Positions 30,596 through 39,162 are shown, counted from the first letter of the stretch. The stretch is DNA of 64,000 nucleotides from Chloroflexota bacterium (GCA_965220015.1 OZ244798.1:1377790-1441789), one strand, 5' to 3'. Notes: generated by a model from the letters alone, not told the origin. Translations and numbers: made by a program.

Positions 30596-31972
30596 TTAGC
30601 GGCTTTGCTGCGGAAGCGAGTGGCAAAGGCTAGCTAGTTGCCGACCGGCAACGGCGGCAAGTTGCTCAGCCGTGCCTGATGCGGCGATGGAGTGCGGTGA
30701 GGCCCAGGTCTCATAGCCGCCCTGCTGTTCCAGCGCCTCTTGCGTACATATGTACCCCAAGTAGTCATTGGCAAGTTCAGCGACGAGCGTGGGGTGAAAG
30801 GGGCTCTGCCCCTTGATGGCGAGGCCCGTTGCGGCAAAGATTTCGCCAGGCAGCGCCACCAGGGCAGCGTTCCCAACGCGTAGCGATTGTACGCGCGTAT
30901 CCAAGACCTCCGGCATTGCCGCTAGGTCTATACATGCTTGCGCGTAGACTTCGATGTGCTTTTCCCACACCGGCTGTCCGACTACCCAGCTAAAGGGGCC
31001 GGAATCATAGGTGAATGTGGTGGGGTCTTCTAGGATCCGGCGGGCCGTAACGACGTCTTCAGCCGTGATGCGCTTGCGTGTGTAGGGAACCGTCGCCAGT
31101 ACGGCGTCCAATGGACACGAGTCGTGCAGTTCGATGAGTTGCGTCTCTTTAAGGACATGTCCCGCGAGCACTGCGGCCATCTTGCACGCTTGGGCATGGC
31201 CGCTTTCGCCCCATGTCCGCCGGCCGCTGTAGTCAACATTGTTGATGTCGCCTGACGTGCCGTTTTGGAGAATTGGCAGGCACTGTGGGCCGAGCACACG
31301 CTGCAATTCCGCGGTGAAGTGACCGTAGTAGTCGGCGGAGAGTGCCGTTGGCGAGTCGGCGCCAACGTAGTGGAGCGCAAAAGTGGCAAATAGGGCCAGC
31401 GGCGTCCCTGCCACATCTTCCAAGTACAGGAAGCTCAACGCAGGATCGATTGTGCCGGCGGGACGCACACTGTTGGGATTCCCAACCCCGGGAATCATCT
31501 CTACCGTGCCGTCGCGCATCCACCAGCGCCGGTTAAAGCTGATGCGATCTTCCCGCGCTTCTCCCCAGCCGATACGCGCAGGCCGGAGCCCGTTTACTGC
31601 CAATTGCACCGCGTCCGCGATCTTGGCCGGTACCCACTCAACATACGCCGGGTCTTCGTTCACGCCGAGCGCGGTACGCACTGCGGGTCCGCTGTGGGTA
31701 TGCGTAGCGCAGATAAGCAGGTGGCTGGGCGGGATGCCGCTGTTCTTCGCTACGCGTTCCTTAACCGCATCGGCAATGCCCCTGGGCATGCAGACAAAGT
31801 CACAGACGACGATGCCAATCCTATTCTCGCCGTCATCCAGCACCAACGCCTTCGCATGAATTTCGTCATGAACGTCTGTTGCCTGCCGCTGTCCAAAGCC
31901 TCCGCAAAGGGCAATATCCAGCCAGGGGGTCAAGTTGGCAGTTGCGGCGCCTGCGCGAAGCTGGCCTGACAT
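30596..31972 (-). CDS. Neutral/alkaline ceramidase N-terminal-domain-like hydrolase (paralog 2)
   Basis: RAGAATANLTPWLDIALCGG ... ALVLDDGENRIGIVVCDFVCMP ... CATHTHSGPAV. Collinear with paralog 1 over the full length. The start was set to the ATG at 31972 (MSGQL...), with AAAGG upstream. Confidence 0.7.
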   Translation of the reverse strand: MSGQLRAGAATANLTPWLDIALCGGFGQRQATDVHDEIHAKALVLDDGENRIGIVVCDFVCMPRGIADAVKERVAKNSGIPPSHLLICATHTHSGPAVRTALGVNEDPAYVEWVPAKIADAVQLAVNGLRPARIGWGEAREDRISFNRRWWMRDGTVEMIPGVGNPNSVRPAGTIDPALSFLYLEDVAGTPLALFATFALHYVGADSPTALSADYYGHFTAELQRVLGPQCLPILQNGTSGDINNVDYSGRRTWGESGHAQACKMAAVLAGHVLKETQLIELHDSCPLDAVLATVPYTRKRITAEDVVTARRILEDPTTFTYDSGPFSWVVGQPVWEKHIEVYAQACIDLAAMPEVLDTRVQSLRVGNAALVALPGEIFAATGLAIKGQSPFHPTLVAELANDYLGYICTQEALEQQGGYETWASPHSIAASGTAEQLAAVAGRQLASLCHSLPQQSR

Positions 31973-32111
31973 AATGTATGTGCCTTTTGCTTGCTGCACA
32001 GCAGCGGGGCGCGTGCGAGACCTGCCGTGCCCCTGTGAGCAAGAAACGCCGCGCTAGTGCGACTCTCTCCCAGGATGGCAGGCGGCATCAACTAGAGCAA
32101 ATCCTGCCGAG

Positions 32112-32948
32112 CTACTGCTCGATCCCATAGAATCGCGCGGCATTGCCGCCGAAGACTCGCGCCTTGCCCGACTCGTCCAATTGTGGCGCGAGGACTTGCT
32201 CCAAAGCACCGATCACGTCGGGGTAACTTGCCGCCAAGAGGCTGACCGGCCAGTCGCTGCCAAACATTACGCGCTCCGGCCCAAAGCAGGCAACAGTGTG
32301 TTCTACGTACGGCTTGAGATCGGCAGGCGTCCAGTTGGCGTTGTCGGCTTCGGTTACCATGCCCGAGAGCTTGCAGTATACCTGCTCGTGTTGCGCAATC
32401 GCCGCGAGTTGGGAAGCCCACGGTTCAAACTGCCGGTCCTTGATGAGCGGCTTGGCGATGTGGTCTACTACTGCGCGCAGGTTCGGCGCCTGCGCGAGCA
32501 CCTGCAGCACGTAGGGCAAGTGTTGGGGGCGTACCAGGAAGTCAAATGGAAAGTCGTGCGCCGCCAGCAACCTGAGATGCTCGATGACGCGCGGCTGGGT
32601 CACCCAGGCGTCGTCGGACAGGTCGTGCAGCATCGGGCGAATTCCTACAAGGGCCGGCGCTTGGCGGTACTTTTCAAACAGGCGCGGAAAACTGGAATCG
32701 GCCATGTCGAGCCACCCGACTACGCCGCCGATTGAGTCGTCTTCAGCAGCAAGCGACAACATGAAGTCAGTCTCCGCCACGGTGGGCGCGGCCTGCACGA
32801 GGATCGTCTTGTCGATGCGGTGCTGAGCGAGCGTTGGCTTGAGGTGGGCAGGCAGGTAGTCCCGGTAAAGCACGCCCATGTCCGGCGTAAGCCAGCCATA
32901 GTCCCCGCGGCTGAGTTTCCAGTAGTGTTGATGTGCATCGATGCGCAT
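32112..32948 (-). CDS. Amidohydrolase-2 (PF04909) family metal-dependent hydrolase
   Basis: MRIDAHQHYW N-terminal HxH metal motif; internal VDHIAKP and GSDWPV are typical of Amidohydro_2 (TIM-barrel hydrolases/decarboxylases). Confidence 0.8.
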   Translation of the reverse strand: MRIDAHQHYWKLSRGDYGWLTPDMGVLYRDYLPAHLKPTLAQHRIDKTILVQAAPTVAETDFMLSLAAEDDSIGGVVGWLDMADSSFPRLFEKYRQAPALVGIRPMLHDLSDDAWVTQPRVIEHLRLLAAHDFPFDFLVRPQHLPYVLQVLAQAPNLRAVVDHIAKPLIKDRQFEPWASQLAAIAQHEQVYCKLSGMVTEADNANWTPADLKPYVEHTVACFGPERVMFGSDWPVSLLAASYPDVIGALEQVLAPQLDESGKARVFGGNAARFYGIEQ

Positions 32949-32982
32949 ATGTCCGCTCTTCAATTAGTGCTAAAAATCTTGA

Positions 32983-34011
32983 CTAATAGTAGTCGCCTGC
33001 CCGTCCGGTTCTCTGAAACGGATCGCTGGTGTCCACAACCTCAGCGTCGATGACACCGGCCACGCGCAGGGAAGCTTGGCGGGCGCGGTACACCTGATCG
33101 GGGTCGCGAAATTCCGCGCGAATTTGCGCTATGCCACTTTCCGGGTCAACGCCGACGGACTCGAACCGTATACCAAAGAGGTACGAGTCGTCCTCTAACA
33201 CCTTCGCGAGGGCAATACTCTTTCGGAACCACGCCGCGCGCCCTGTGATCTTGCCCAGAGTGAATTTGTGGGCTAGCTCCCAATACACTGAAAAGAGTAT
33301 GCCCGACATGAACCAGATAGGGAATATCGACAGCGCGAGTTGCCAACCGGCCGTCAGCGTGGCGGTGAGTGCAACCATAATGCCTGTCGGCACTGCGATA
33401 AAGGACAAAATCTGATGCAGACCGAAGAAGCCGGTCACTATAGGGCCGATGGCGATGCGCCAATAGGCGTCACGCAGGGCAGCATGGCGGCGGAGCAGCC
33501 CCATGAACGCTCCCAATACCCCTGCGCCGATCACAATGGGCGAGAGGTTCAAGACCATTGCCACTATGGTGAAAAGGCCCCCGATGAGCGTTCCCAATCC
33601 GATAGTAGGGGTCCCTGGCTCCGCAGTCCAGATCGTCAGGAAGGCGACAACGATCACGATGAGGACGATTAGCCCCGCCGCGATTTCGAGGATCTTGAAC
33701 GTGCGCATGCGCTCCCAAAAGCCGGAAAGGATGACGAGCGGTGTGAGCACGATGGCAAAAAGCAACGCGCCCGCCATGAGCGCCACCATCAAAGAATTGA
33801 GAATCGGCCACAATACGACCGCAAGTCCCACCGGAATGATAAACGCCATGGGAGCGAGCGCACCGGCAATGGTGCCGGACAACAGCGTAACGCGCACACT
33901 GGCGATCATCACGAGGGCATCCGCTACCGTAGCGGAAATGATCTCGCGGCGCGAGAGGAATCGCGCGTCATCAGAAGATCCGCCAAGACTATTCGGCTGT
34001 GCCATGCGCAC
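32983..34011 (-). CDS. Uncharacterised polytopic membrane protein with a C-terminal soluble domain (paralog A)
   Basis: ~7 predicted TM helices followed by WFRKSIALAKVLEDDSYLFGIRFESVGVDPESGIAQIRAEFRDPDQVYRARQASLRVAGV. Paralogous to 34213..35130. Confidence 0.6.
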   Translation of the reverse strand: MRMAQPNSLGGSSDDARFLSRREIISATVADALVMIASVRVTLLSGTIAGALAPMAFIIPVGLAVVLWPILNSLMVALMAGALLFAIVLTPLVILSGFWERMRTFKILEIAAGLIVLIVIVVAFLTIWTAEPGTPTIGLGTLIGGLFTIVAMVLNLSPIVIGAGVLGAFMGLLRRHAALRDAYWRIAIGPIVTGFFGLHQILSFIAVPTGIMVALTATLTAGWQLALSIFPIWFMSGILFSVYWELAHKFTLGKITGRAAWFRKSIALAKVLEDDSYLFGIRFESVGVDPESGIAQIRAEFRDPDQVYRARQASLRVAGVIDAEVVDTSDPFQRTGRAGDYY

Positions 34012-34212
34012 TCCTAAGAGTAGTCACTCTTTGGGAAACTGCGTCCGGAATGATTTTGGCAAGGCACGTAAAATACGTGAAACCGGGAAGAACACACCCT
34101 GCGAAAGACCGGTTGGAGGTTGCGTGTGATTGCCATCACAAGTACCACTCATGCTACCGCAGAAAGCTGCTGTCTCCAGGGGGCAGTGCCCTCGAATCCG
34201 GAACGGCAAGCG

Positions 34213-35130
34213 TTAGATCACCGCGGATCGTTCGGAAGCCGCGGTGTACTCGTCCCAGAATTCATCTTGCAGGTCCCATGAAAGCGGCTCCACTTCTGCC
34301 TCCCGGATGCCGACGACGCGGCGTGCGACTTGCCGCGCCCGTTTGATTTGGTCCGGCGAGCGGAACCAGCCCTGAATCGCTGCATTGCGACCGTCCTCGC
34401 TGACGGCGAGATCGGCAAAGATGCAGCCAAAGAGGTCGCTGTCGTTATGCAGGAGGAACGAGAGGCTCAGGGTCCGGCGGAACCAAATGGCTGATCCCAC
34501 CCACTTCTCAAGCATCCCGGCAAACCACATTTGCCAGTATTGGTCGTACACCAGCCCGGAGAGGAGCCACACGGGCAGGAGATAGATGACCATGATCGGA
34601 AACTCTTTCCAAAACGCGAGTCCCAGAAAGAGCAGCGGCACGCCAATGAGGCTGAGCAGAATGCCGGGCAACGTATCCCAAAGAGAGTGAAACGGCATTG
34701 GCGCCAGACGACGCTCGACGGATCGGAGATTGAGACGTGCTTTTACCATGCCCAAGACGCCGCTTATGAGCAGCGCCGGCCACAGGGCCATGAGGATCGA
34801 GACCCAACCAAAGGTATGGGAAAGCACCAAAGAAAACACACCGACGACATTGAGCGTGAACAGCATGACCATGATCGGCCAGATGGCGATCAAGATCATG
34901 ATCACGGCAAAGAGGCCGGCAAATACTCCCGCACCTGCGATGAATCCGGCGATAAGCGGAATGCGCCGGTCTGAGACGAGCAGCATTGTCTCCAAAGGCG
35001 TGCCCGTGACCCACTCTTCGCGATGGAGCGGTCGCTGGCGCGTCCATCCGCGTGGGTCCCACCACGGCAGTTGTACGGTGCGCATAGCCTGCCCTTCCCA
35101 AACTGCCCGACACTGCGCTTTCAAGCTCAT
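34213..35130 (-). CDS. Uncharacterised polytopic membrane protein with a C-terminal soluble domain (paralog B)
   Basis: Same architecture as paralog A. C-terminus WFRRTLSLSFLLHNDSDLFGCIFADLAVSEDGRNAAIQGWFRSPDQIKRARQVARRVVGI aligns with the paralog A tail. The start is uncertain (the Met at 35085 is an alternative). Confidence 0.6.
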   Translation of the reverse strand: MSLKAQCRAVWEGQAMRTVQLPWWDPRGWTRQRPLHREEWVTGTPLETMLLVSDRRIPLIAGFIAGAGVFAGLFAVIMILIAIWPIMVMLFTLNVVGVFSLVLSHTFGWVSILMALWPALLISGVLGMVKARLNLRSVERRLAPMPFHSLWDTLPGILLSLIGVPLLFLGLAFWKEFPIMVIYLLPVWLLSGLVYDQYWQMWFAGMLEKWVGSAIWFRRTLSLSFLLHNDSDLFGCIFADLAVSEDGRNAAIQGWFRSPDQIKRARQVARRVVGIREAEVEPLSWDLQDEFWDEYTAASERSAVI

Positions 35131-35231
35131 GATACTACGTTGTGGCCTTAAGATGTACTCCTCGGGGAGTTTGGGTCGCCCAATGCCATAAAATAGTCAG
35201 GCGAATTGTTCGATAGGCGAGAGTGTCCGTC

Positions 35232-36044
35232 TTAGACCCGGCGGCGGAACATCCACGTCGCGACCGGCATGGCGAGCGCGAGGATGCCGACACACCATAG
35301 CAATGCCAGCCAACCGTGGTTGCCGATGGGGGTGCCGACCATCCAAGCGCGCATGGCTTCGATAACGTGGGTGATGGGCTGGTTCTGGGCGAAGACGCGC
35401 AGAACGAGGGGCATGCTGTCGGTGGGCACGAAGGCGCTGCTGGCAAAGGTGAGGGGCATCAGCACCATGAAACCGGCCCACTGGGCGGCCTCCAGTGACT
35501 TCACCACCATGCCCAAGATGGCCGAAATCCAGGAGATTGCCAGCGTGAAAAGCAACAGTAAGCCGAAGACCAGCAACCATTCGGTCACGTCTGCCGTGGG
35601 TCGAAAGCCCACGAGAAAACTCGCCGCCAACATGATCAGCGCAGAGAACGTGTTGCGCGCGAGGTCGGCAATGACATGGGCCGCCAGTAAGGCGGAACTA
35701 GCCATTGGCAGCGCGCGAAAGCGGTCCACAATGCCCCGCTGCAGATCGACGAGTACGCTGAACGTGGTGGTGTTTGCGCCAAAGGCGGCCGTTTGCACCA
35801 AGATACCGGCGACGAGAAAATTTACATAGCTTGTCTCACCCGTATTGATTGCTCCGCCAAAGACGTAACGGAAGAGGAGCAAGAACATCACGGGCATGAG
35901 GAAGGCGGAAAGTAACTGATCGACATTGCGAATGATGTGTTTGAGACTGCGCTTTGTCAGCACCCAAGAGTTGTCGAGGGTCCAAAAGATCTCCGGACGG
36001 ACTTCAGGTTGTATGTCGGCTACCAACGAGACCGGTGTCTTCAT
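35232..36044 (-). CDS. ABC-2 type transporter permease
   Basis: 270 aa with six TM helices; typical ABC-2 exporter membrane subunit. 4-nt overlap with the upstream ATPase gene. Confidence 0.85.
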   Translation of the reverse strand: MKTPVSLVADIQPEVRPEIFWTLDNSWVLTKRSLKHIIRNVDQLLSAFLMPVMFLLLFRYVFGGAINTGETSYVNFLVAGILVQTAAFGANTTTFSVLVDLQRGIVDRFRALPMASSALLAAHVIADLARNTFSALIMLAASFLVGFRPTADVTEWLLVFGLLLLFTLAISWISAILGMVVKSLEAAQWAGFMVLMPLTFASSAFVPTDSMPLVLRVFAQNQPITHVIEAMRAWMVGTPIGNHGWLALLWCVGILALAMPVATWMFRRRV

Positions 36045-37069
36045 GCGGTAATGCTCTCCTGTTCAGCTTTGGCGCCCTCGTCGGCTTGCGGCGTCGCAGC
36101 GGCCCCTGTGAGCGTAAGAAAGACATCGTCCAGGGTTGGACGGTGCAGCGAGACGCTCTCCACGGCAACGTCGGCGGCTTCCAGCCGTTGCAGCAGTTCC
36201 CTTAACTCATGCACACCGCTCTGACTGGCGATGCTGATGAGGCGCCGCTTGCTATCAAGGTGCAGGTCTTGGCCGTCCAGTATCTGTTCCGCTCTGGCGA
36301 AGCTGCTGCCCGCGGCGATCGTCAGTTCCAAGCGGGCGCTGCCGATGCGCTCCTTGAGTTCATCTGCGGTGCCGGCGGCAATGACGCTGCCATGATCGAT
36401 GACGACGATTTTGTCGGCCAGTTGGTCGGCTTCCTCCATATACTGCGTGGTGAGCAGGATGCTGACGCCGCTGGCTGAGAGTCGCTTGATCATCTCCCAC
36501 AGCGTCAGACGACTGCGAGGATCGAGTCCGGTGGTGGGCTCATCCAGAAAGAGCACCGGCGGGGAGGCAATGAGGCTCATCGCCAGGTCCAGGCGGCGGC
36601 GCATGCCTCCAGAATAAGTCTTAACCTTACGCTTGGCCGCGTCGGTAAGCTCGAACAACTCCAACAGGTCATGCGTGCGGCGTTTCGTATCGGCCTTGCT
36701 GAGACGGTAGAGCCGGCCCAGCATCAAGAGGTTTTCTTCGCCGGTGAGGTATTCATCCACCGCGGCAAATTGGCCGGTCAACCCGATGCTCTTGCGCACC
36801 TGTTTCGCCTCACGGACCACATCGCAGCCGTCAACGAACGCTTGCCCGCCATCAGGCGGTAGGAGCGTGCTCAAAATGCGTATGATGGTGGTCTTACCGG
36901 CGCCGTTCGGTCCAAGCAGCGCCAAAATGCTCCCCCGCGCGACCGCAAAGTCAATGCCCTTGAGCACCTCCAGCTCTTTGAACGACTTCCTAAGCCCGGC
37001 GACGACTATCGCGCTCCTGTCGCTAGCGTGTTCCTTCATTTCTGCAGAAGTAGTCAGGGTATCCGCCAT
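36041..37069 (-). CDS. ABC transporter ATP-binding protein (DrrA-like exporter ATPase)
   Basis: Walker A GPNGAGKTT, signature YSGGMRRRLDLA, Walker B VLFLDEPTTGLD, plus the C-terminal extension typical of DrrA-like proteins. Confidence 0.9.
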   Translation of the reverse strand: MADTLTTSAEMKEHASDRSAIVVAGLRKSFKELEVLKGIDFAVARGSILALLGPNGAGKTTIIRILSTLLPPDGGQAFVDGCDVVREAKQVRKSIGLTGQFAAVDEYLTGEENLLMLGRLYRLSKADTKRRTHDLLELFELTDAAKRKVKTYSGGMRRRLDLAMSLIASPPVLFLDEPTTGLDPRSRLTLWEMIKRLSASGVSILLTTQYMEEADQLADKIVVIDHGSVIAAGTADELKERIGSARLELTIAAGSSFARAEQILDGQDLHLDSKRRLISIASQSGVHELRELLQRLEAADVAVESVSLHRPTLDDVFLTLTGAAATPQADEGAKAEQESITA

Positions 37070-37138
37070 TGCTTCTCCTTGGGTGCGAGAGGTTTGAGCT
37101 CACTTGTAGGCATGCAGTACTAATTCAATTCGATCGGG

Positions 37139-37162
37139 TTTACGCAACCGGTGTTGCGTAAA
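37139..37162. promoter_or_regulatory. Candidate operator: 10-bp perfect inverted repeat TTTACGCAAC-N4-GTTGCGTAAA upstream of the ABC-2 exporter operon
   Basis: Exact dyad symmetry 70-93 nt upstream of the ABC ATPase start codon (37069, - strand). Confidence 0.4.
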
Positions 37163-37172
37163 TGCAGCGGGA

Positions 37173-37205
37173 GTTGCCGGTGTGAAGTCTCCTCACACCG
37201 GCAAC
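37173..37205. terminator. Hairpin GTTGCCGGTGTGA-AGTCTCC-TCACACCGGCAAC (13-bp stem) between the YdeI-like gene 3' end and the ABC operon promoter region
   Basis: Perfect 13-bp inverted repeat with a 7-nt loop, ~77 nt beyond the stop of the minus-strand gene that ends at 37282. No clear U-tract follows. Confidence 0.35.
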
Positions 37206-37281
37206 TTGCGATTCTTGCTGTGCGAGCGTGGAAACTCCGTAGTGTGCATCTGTTGGCATGGTTTGGCTGGGACTTAGTGGT

Positions 37282-37842
37282 CTACGCTCTGTCAGTCAGC
37301 TCTTTCACGTAACCGAAGGTCTTGTTCTTTGCCGTCATTCTGACAAGATTGTCCAGACGTTTCTTGAATTCCGCCGGCCGGTTGCGCGCGGATTCTACGA
37401 ACGCCACGCGAATGCGGCGATAGTCTTCCGGAAAACTCTGAAAGTGCTGCCACGTTTGGGCGTCCTGCTGCAGGGCAGTCTCGATATCCGGCGAAATCGT
37501 AAACGGTTCATCGAGGATGACGCCCCGCGCTACGGCGAGCCCGGCAGGCATCATTTTCCCCTCAGCGATGAGATTGCGCAGGCGCACCCTATTCGATTCC
37601 GACCAGTTGCTCCCCGGCTTGCGGGGCGAGAACCGCTGGGCGAAGCGCTCTTCATCGATGCCCTTTTGCTGACTGTCTATCCAACCGAAACAGAGCGCCT
37701 CTTCCACGGCGGCGTTATATGCGACCCGGGGCTTGCCGGTGGCTTTGCGGTAGTAGACGAGCCAGACTTCCTTGGCAGCGGCGTGATGTTCCTGCAGCCA
37801 CGCTCGCCACTCTTCTCTGTCCTTGGCATAGAAGGTATCCAT
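37282..37842 (-). CDS. YdeI/OmpD-associated (DUF1801-like) family protein
   Basis: MDTFYAKDREEWRAWLQEHHAAAKEVWLVYYRK...AVEEALCFGWIDSQ matches the YdeI-like family pattern. The start was set to the Met at 37842. Confidence 0.7.
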   Translation of the reverse strand: MDTFYAKDREEWRAWLQEHHAAAKEVWLVYYRKATGKPRVAYNAAVEEALCFGWIDSQQKGIDEERFAQRFSPRKPGSNWSESNRVRLRNLIAEGKMMPAGLAVARGVILDEPFTISPDIETALQQDAQTWQHFQSFPEDYRRIRVAFVESARNRPAEFKKRLDNLVRMTAKNKTFGYVKELTDRA

Positions 37843-38072
37843 GAAGCGCAATCCTGCTCGCGGAAAAAAGGTCTACATAAGGAAGATTCTATTCTTGCTT
37901 GATGCTCTTGTCGCCAGCCAAGCGAAGCTGCGCTAAGGGAGAGGATTGGTTGCTGGTTAATTCAGGTCGCTGGTGCGTGTCTGCGATGGAACTCTTGTGG
38001 CGCCTGTTGTCTGCCAAAGCCCAAATAGATTGGGCGGCAAGGTCAGCAACCGGGCCGGCGGTTACCTGGAGG

Positions 38073-38570
38073 CTACTCCACATCGTCCATTGGCGGCTCC
38101 GGGGCGGGTTCGATCAGGGCGAGCGGCTGGCCGTATTCCACGGGCTGTTTGGCATCCACCAGAAACCGTTCTAGAGTACCGGCATAGGGCGCGTGGACTT
38201 CATTGAGGACATTGAGCACCTCGATGTAGCCGAGCAACTGCCCTTCCTTTACCGTTGCGCCCTCATCGATGACGGGAAGCTGGTCCTGGCTGCGGCTGCG
38301 GGCAAACACTCCTACCCTACCCGCATGCACCACGTGCAACTGTGGCTCGGTTTCCTCCACTGCAGGGGCCGGGGGCGTTGCAGCCGCAGAAAAAACCTGG
38401 GCCGTACGCTTGATCGCCACGCGTATGCCGCCTTGCTCGAGGGACAGTTCTTCTACGTCAGAATTTGAGATGAGGTCAAGCAGCGGCTTCAGGCGCTCAT
38501 GCACGACTTGCGAGAGCGCAGGCGCCGGTCCGGAGGAGCCCTCTTCTGACTTTCCGTCTTTATCACTCAC
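38073..38570 (-). CDS. Biotin carboxyl carrier protein (AccB)-like protein lacking the biotinyl-lysine
   Basis: N-terminal LKPLLDLISNSDVEELSLEQGGIRVAIKR and an Ala/Pro-rich linker. The C-terminal biotinyl/lipoyl hammerhead reads GRVGVF...PVIDEGATVKEGQLLGYIEVLNVLNEVHAPYAGTL, which aligns with E. coli BCCP IVEAMKMMNQIEADKSGTV. The EAMKM motif is replaced by EVLNV, so no Lys is present. ATGA overlap with efp. Confidence 0.7.
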   Translation of the reverse strand: MSDKDGKSEEGSSGPAPALSQVVHERLKPLLDLISNSDVEELSLEQGGIRVAIKRTAQVFSAAATPPAPAVEETEPQLHVVHAGRVGVFARSRSQDQLPVIDEGATVKEGQLLGYIEVLNVLNEVHAPYAGTLERFLVDAKQPVEYGQPLALIEPAPEPPMDDVE

Positions 38571-39133
38571 GACAAACGTACCCGTTCAATGTAACCGTTC
38601 GTGCGCGTATCCACGCGAATCGTGTCGCCCACATTGACGAAGAGCGGCACGTTGACGACCAATCCTGTCTCCACCGTTGCGGGTTTCGTACCGCCGGCGG
38701 CAGTGTCGCCTTTGACGCCAGGGGCGGTGTCGGCTACCTCAAGTTCGATTGAGGGAGGCAAGGCCGCGTCGAGGACACGCTCGCCGTGCATCTCGAGCTC
38801 AATCGTTGCGCCATCCTTGAGGAAATTAACCGCGTTCGCCAAGAGGGATGCGTCTACGAGAATCTCGTCGTAGGATTCCGTATCCATGAAATGAAAGACG
38901 TCATCGTCGCGGTAGAGGAATTGTGCGGGGCGTTGCTCAAGCCGAATCTGGCGAAAGCGCGCACCGGCATCGCAAGTACGATCGATGATGTGGCCGTCCT
39001 GCACGTGCCGGAGCTTTAGGCGCACCACTGCGCCGCCACGGCCCATCTTGATGTGTTTCACCTCTTCCAGACGGAAGATAGCGTCTTCATATTCGATTAC
39101 GACTCCTCGTCGTAGGTTGCCGGTCTCGATCAA
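38567..39133 (-). CDS. efp: Translation elongation factor P
   Basis: MIETGNLRRGVVIEYEDAIFRLEEVKHIKMGRGGAVVRLKLRHV... spans the three OB-domain EF-P architecture, 188 aa. The loop residue is Arg (KMGRGGA) rather than the E. coli Lys34. Confidence 0.92.
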   Translation of the reverse strand: MIETGNLRRGVVIEYEDAIFRLEEVKHIKMGRGGAVVRLKLRHVQDGHIIDRTCDAGARFRQIRLEQRPAQFLYRDDDVFHFMDTESYDEILVDASLLANAVNFLKDGATIELEMHGERVLDAALPPSIELEVADTAPGVKGDTAAGGTKPATVETGLVVNVPLFVNVGDTIRVDTRTNGYIERVRLS

Positions 39134-39162
39134 CGCGCAATGCCTCCTACAGTCTCTCTAGT

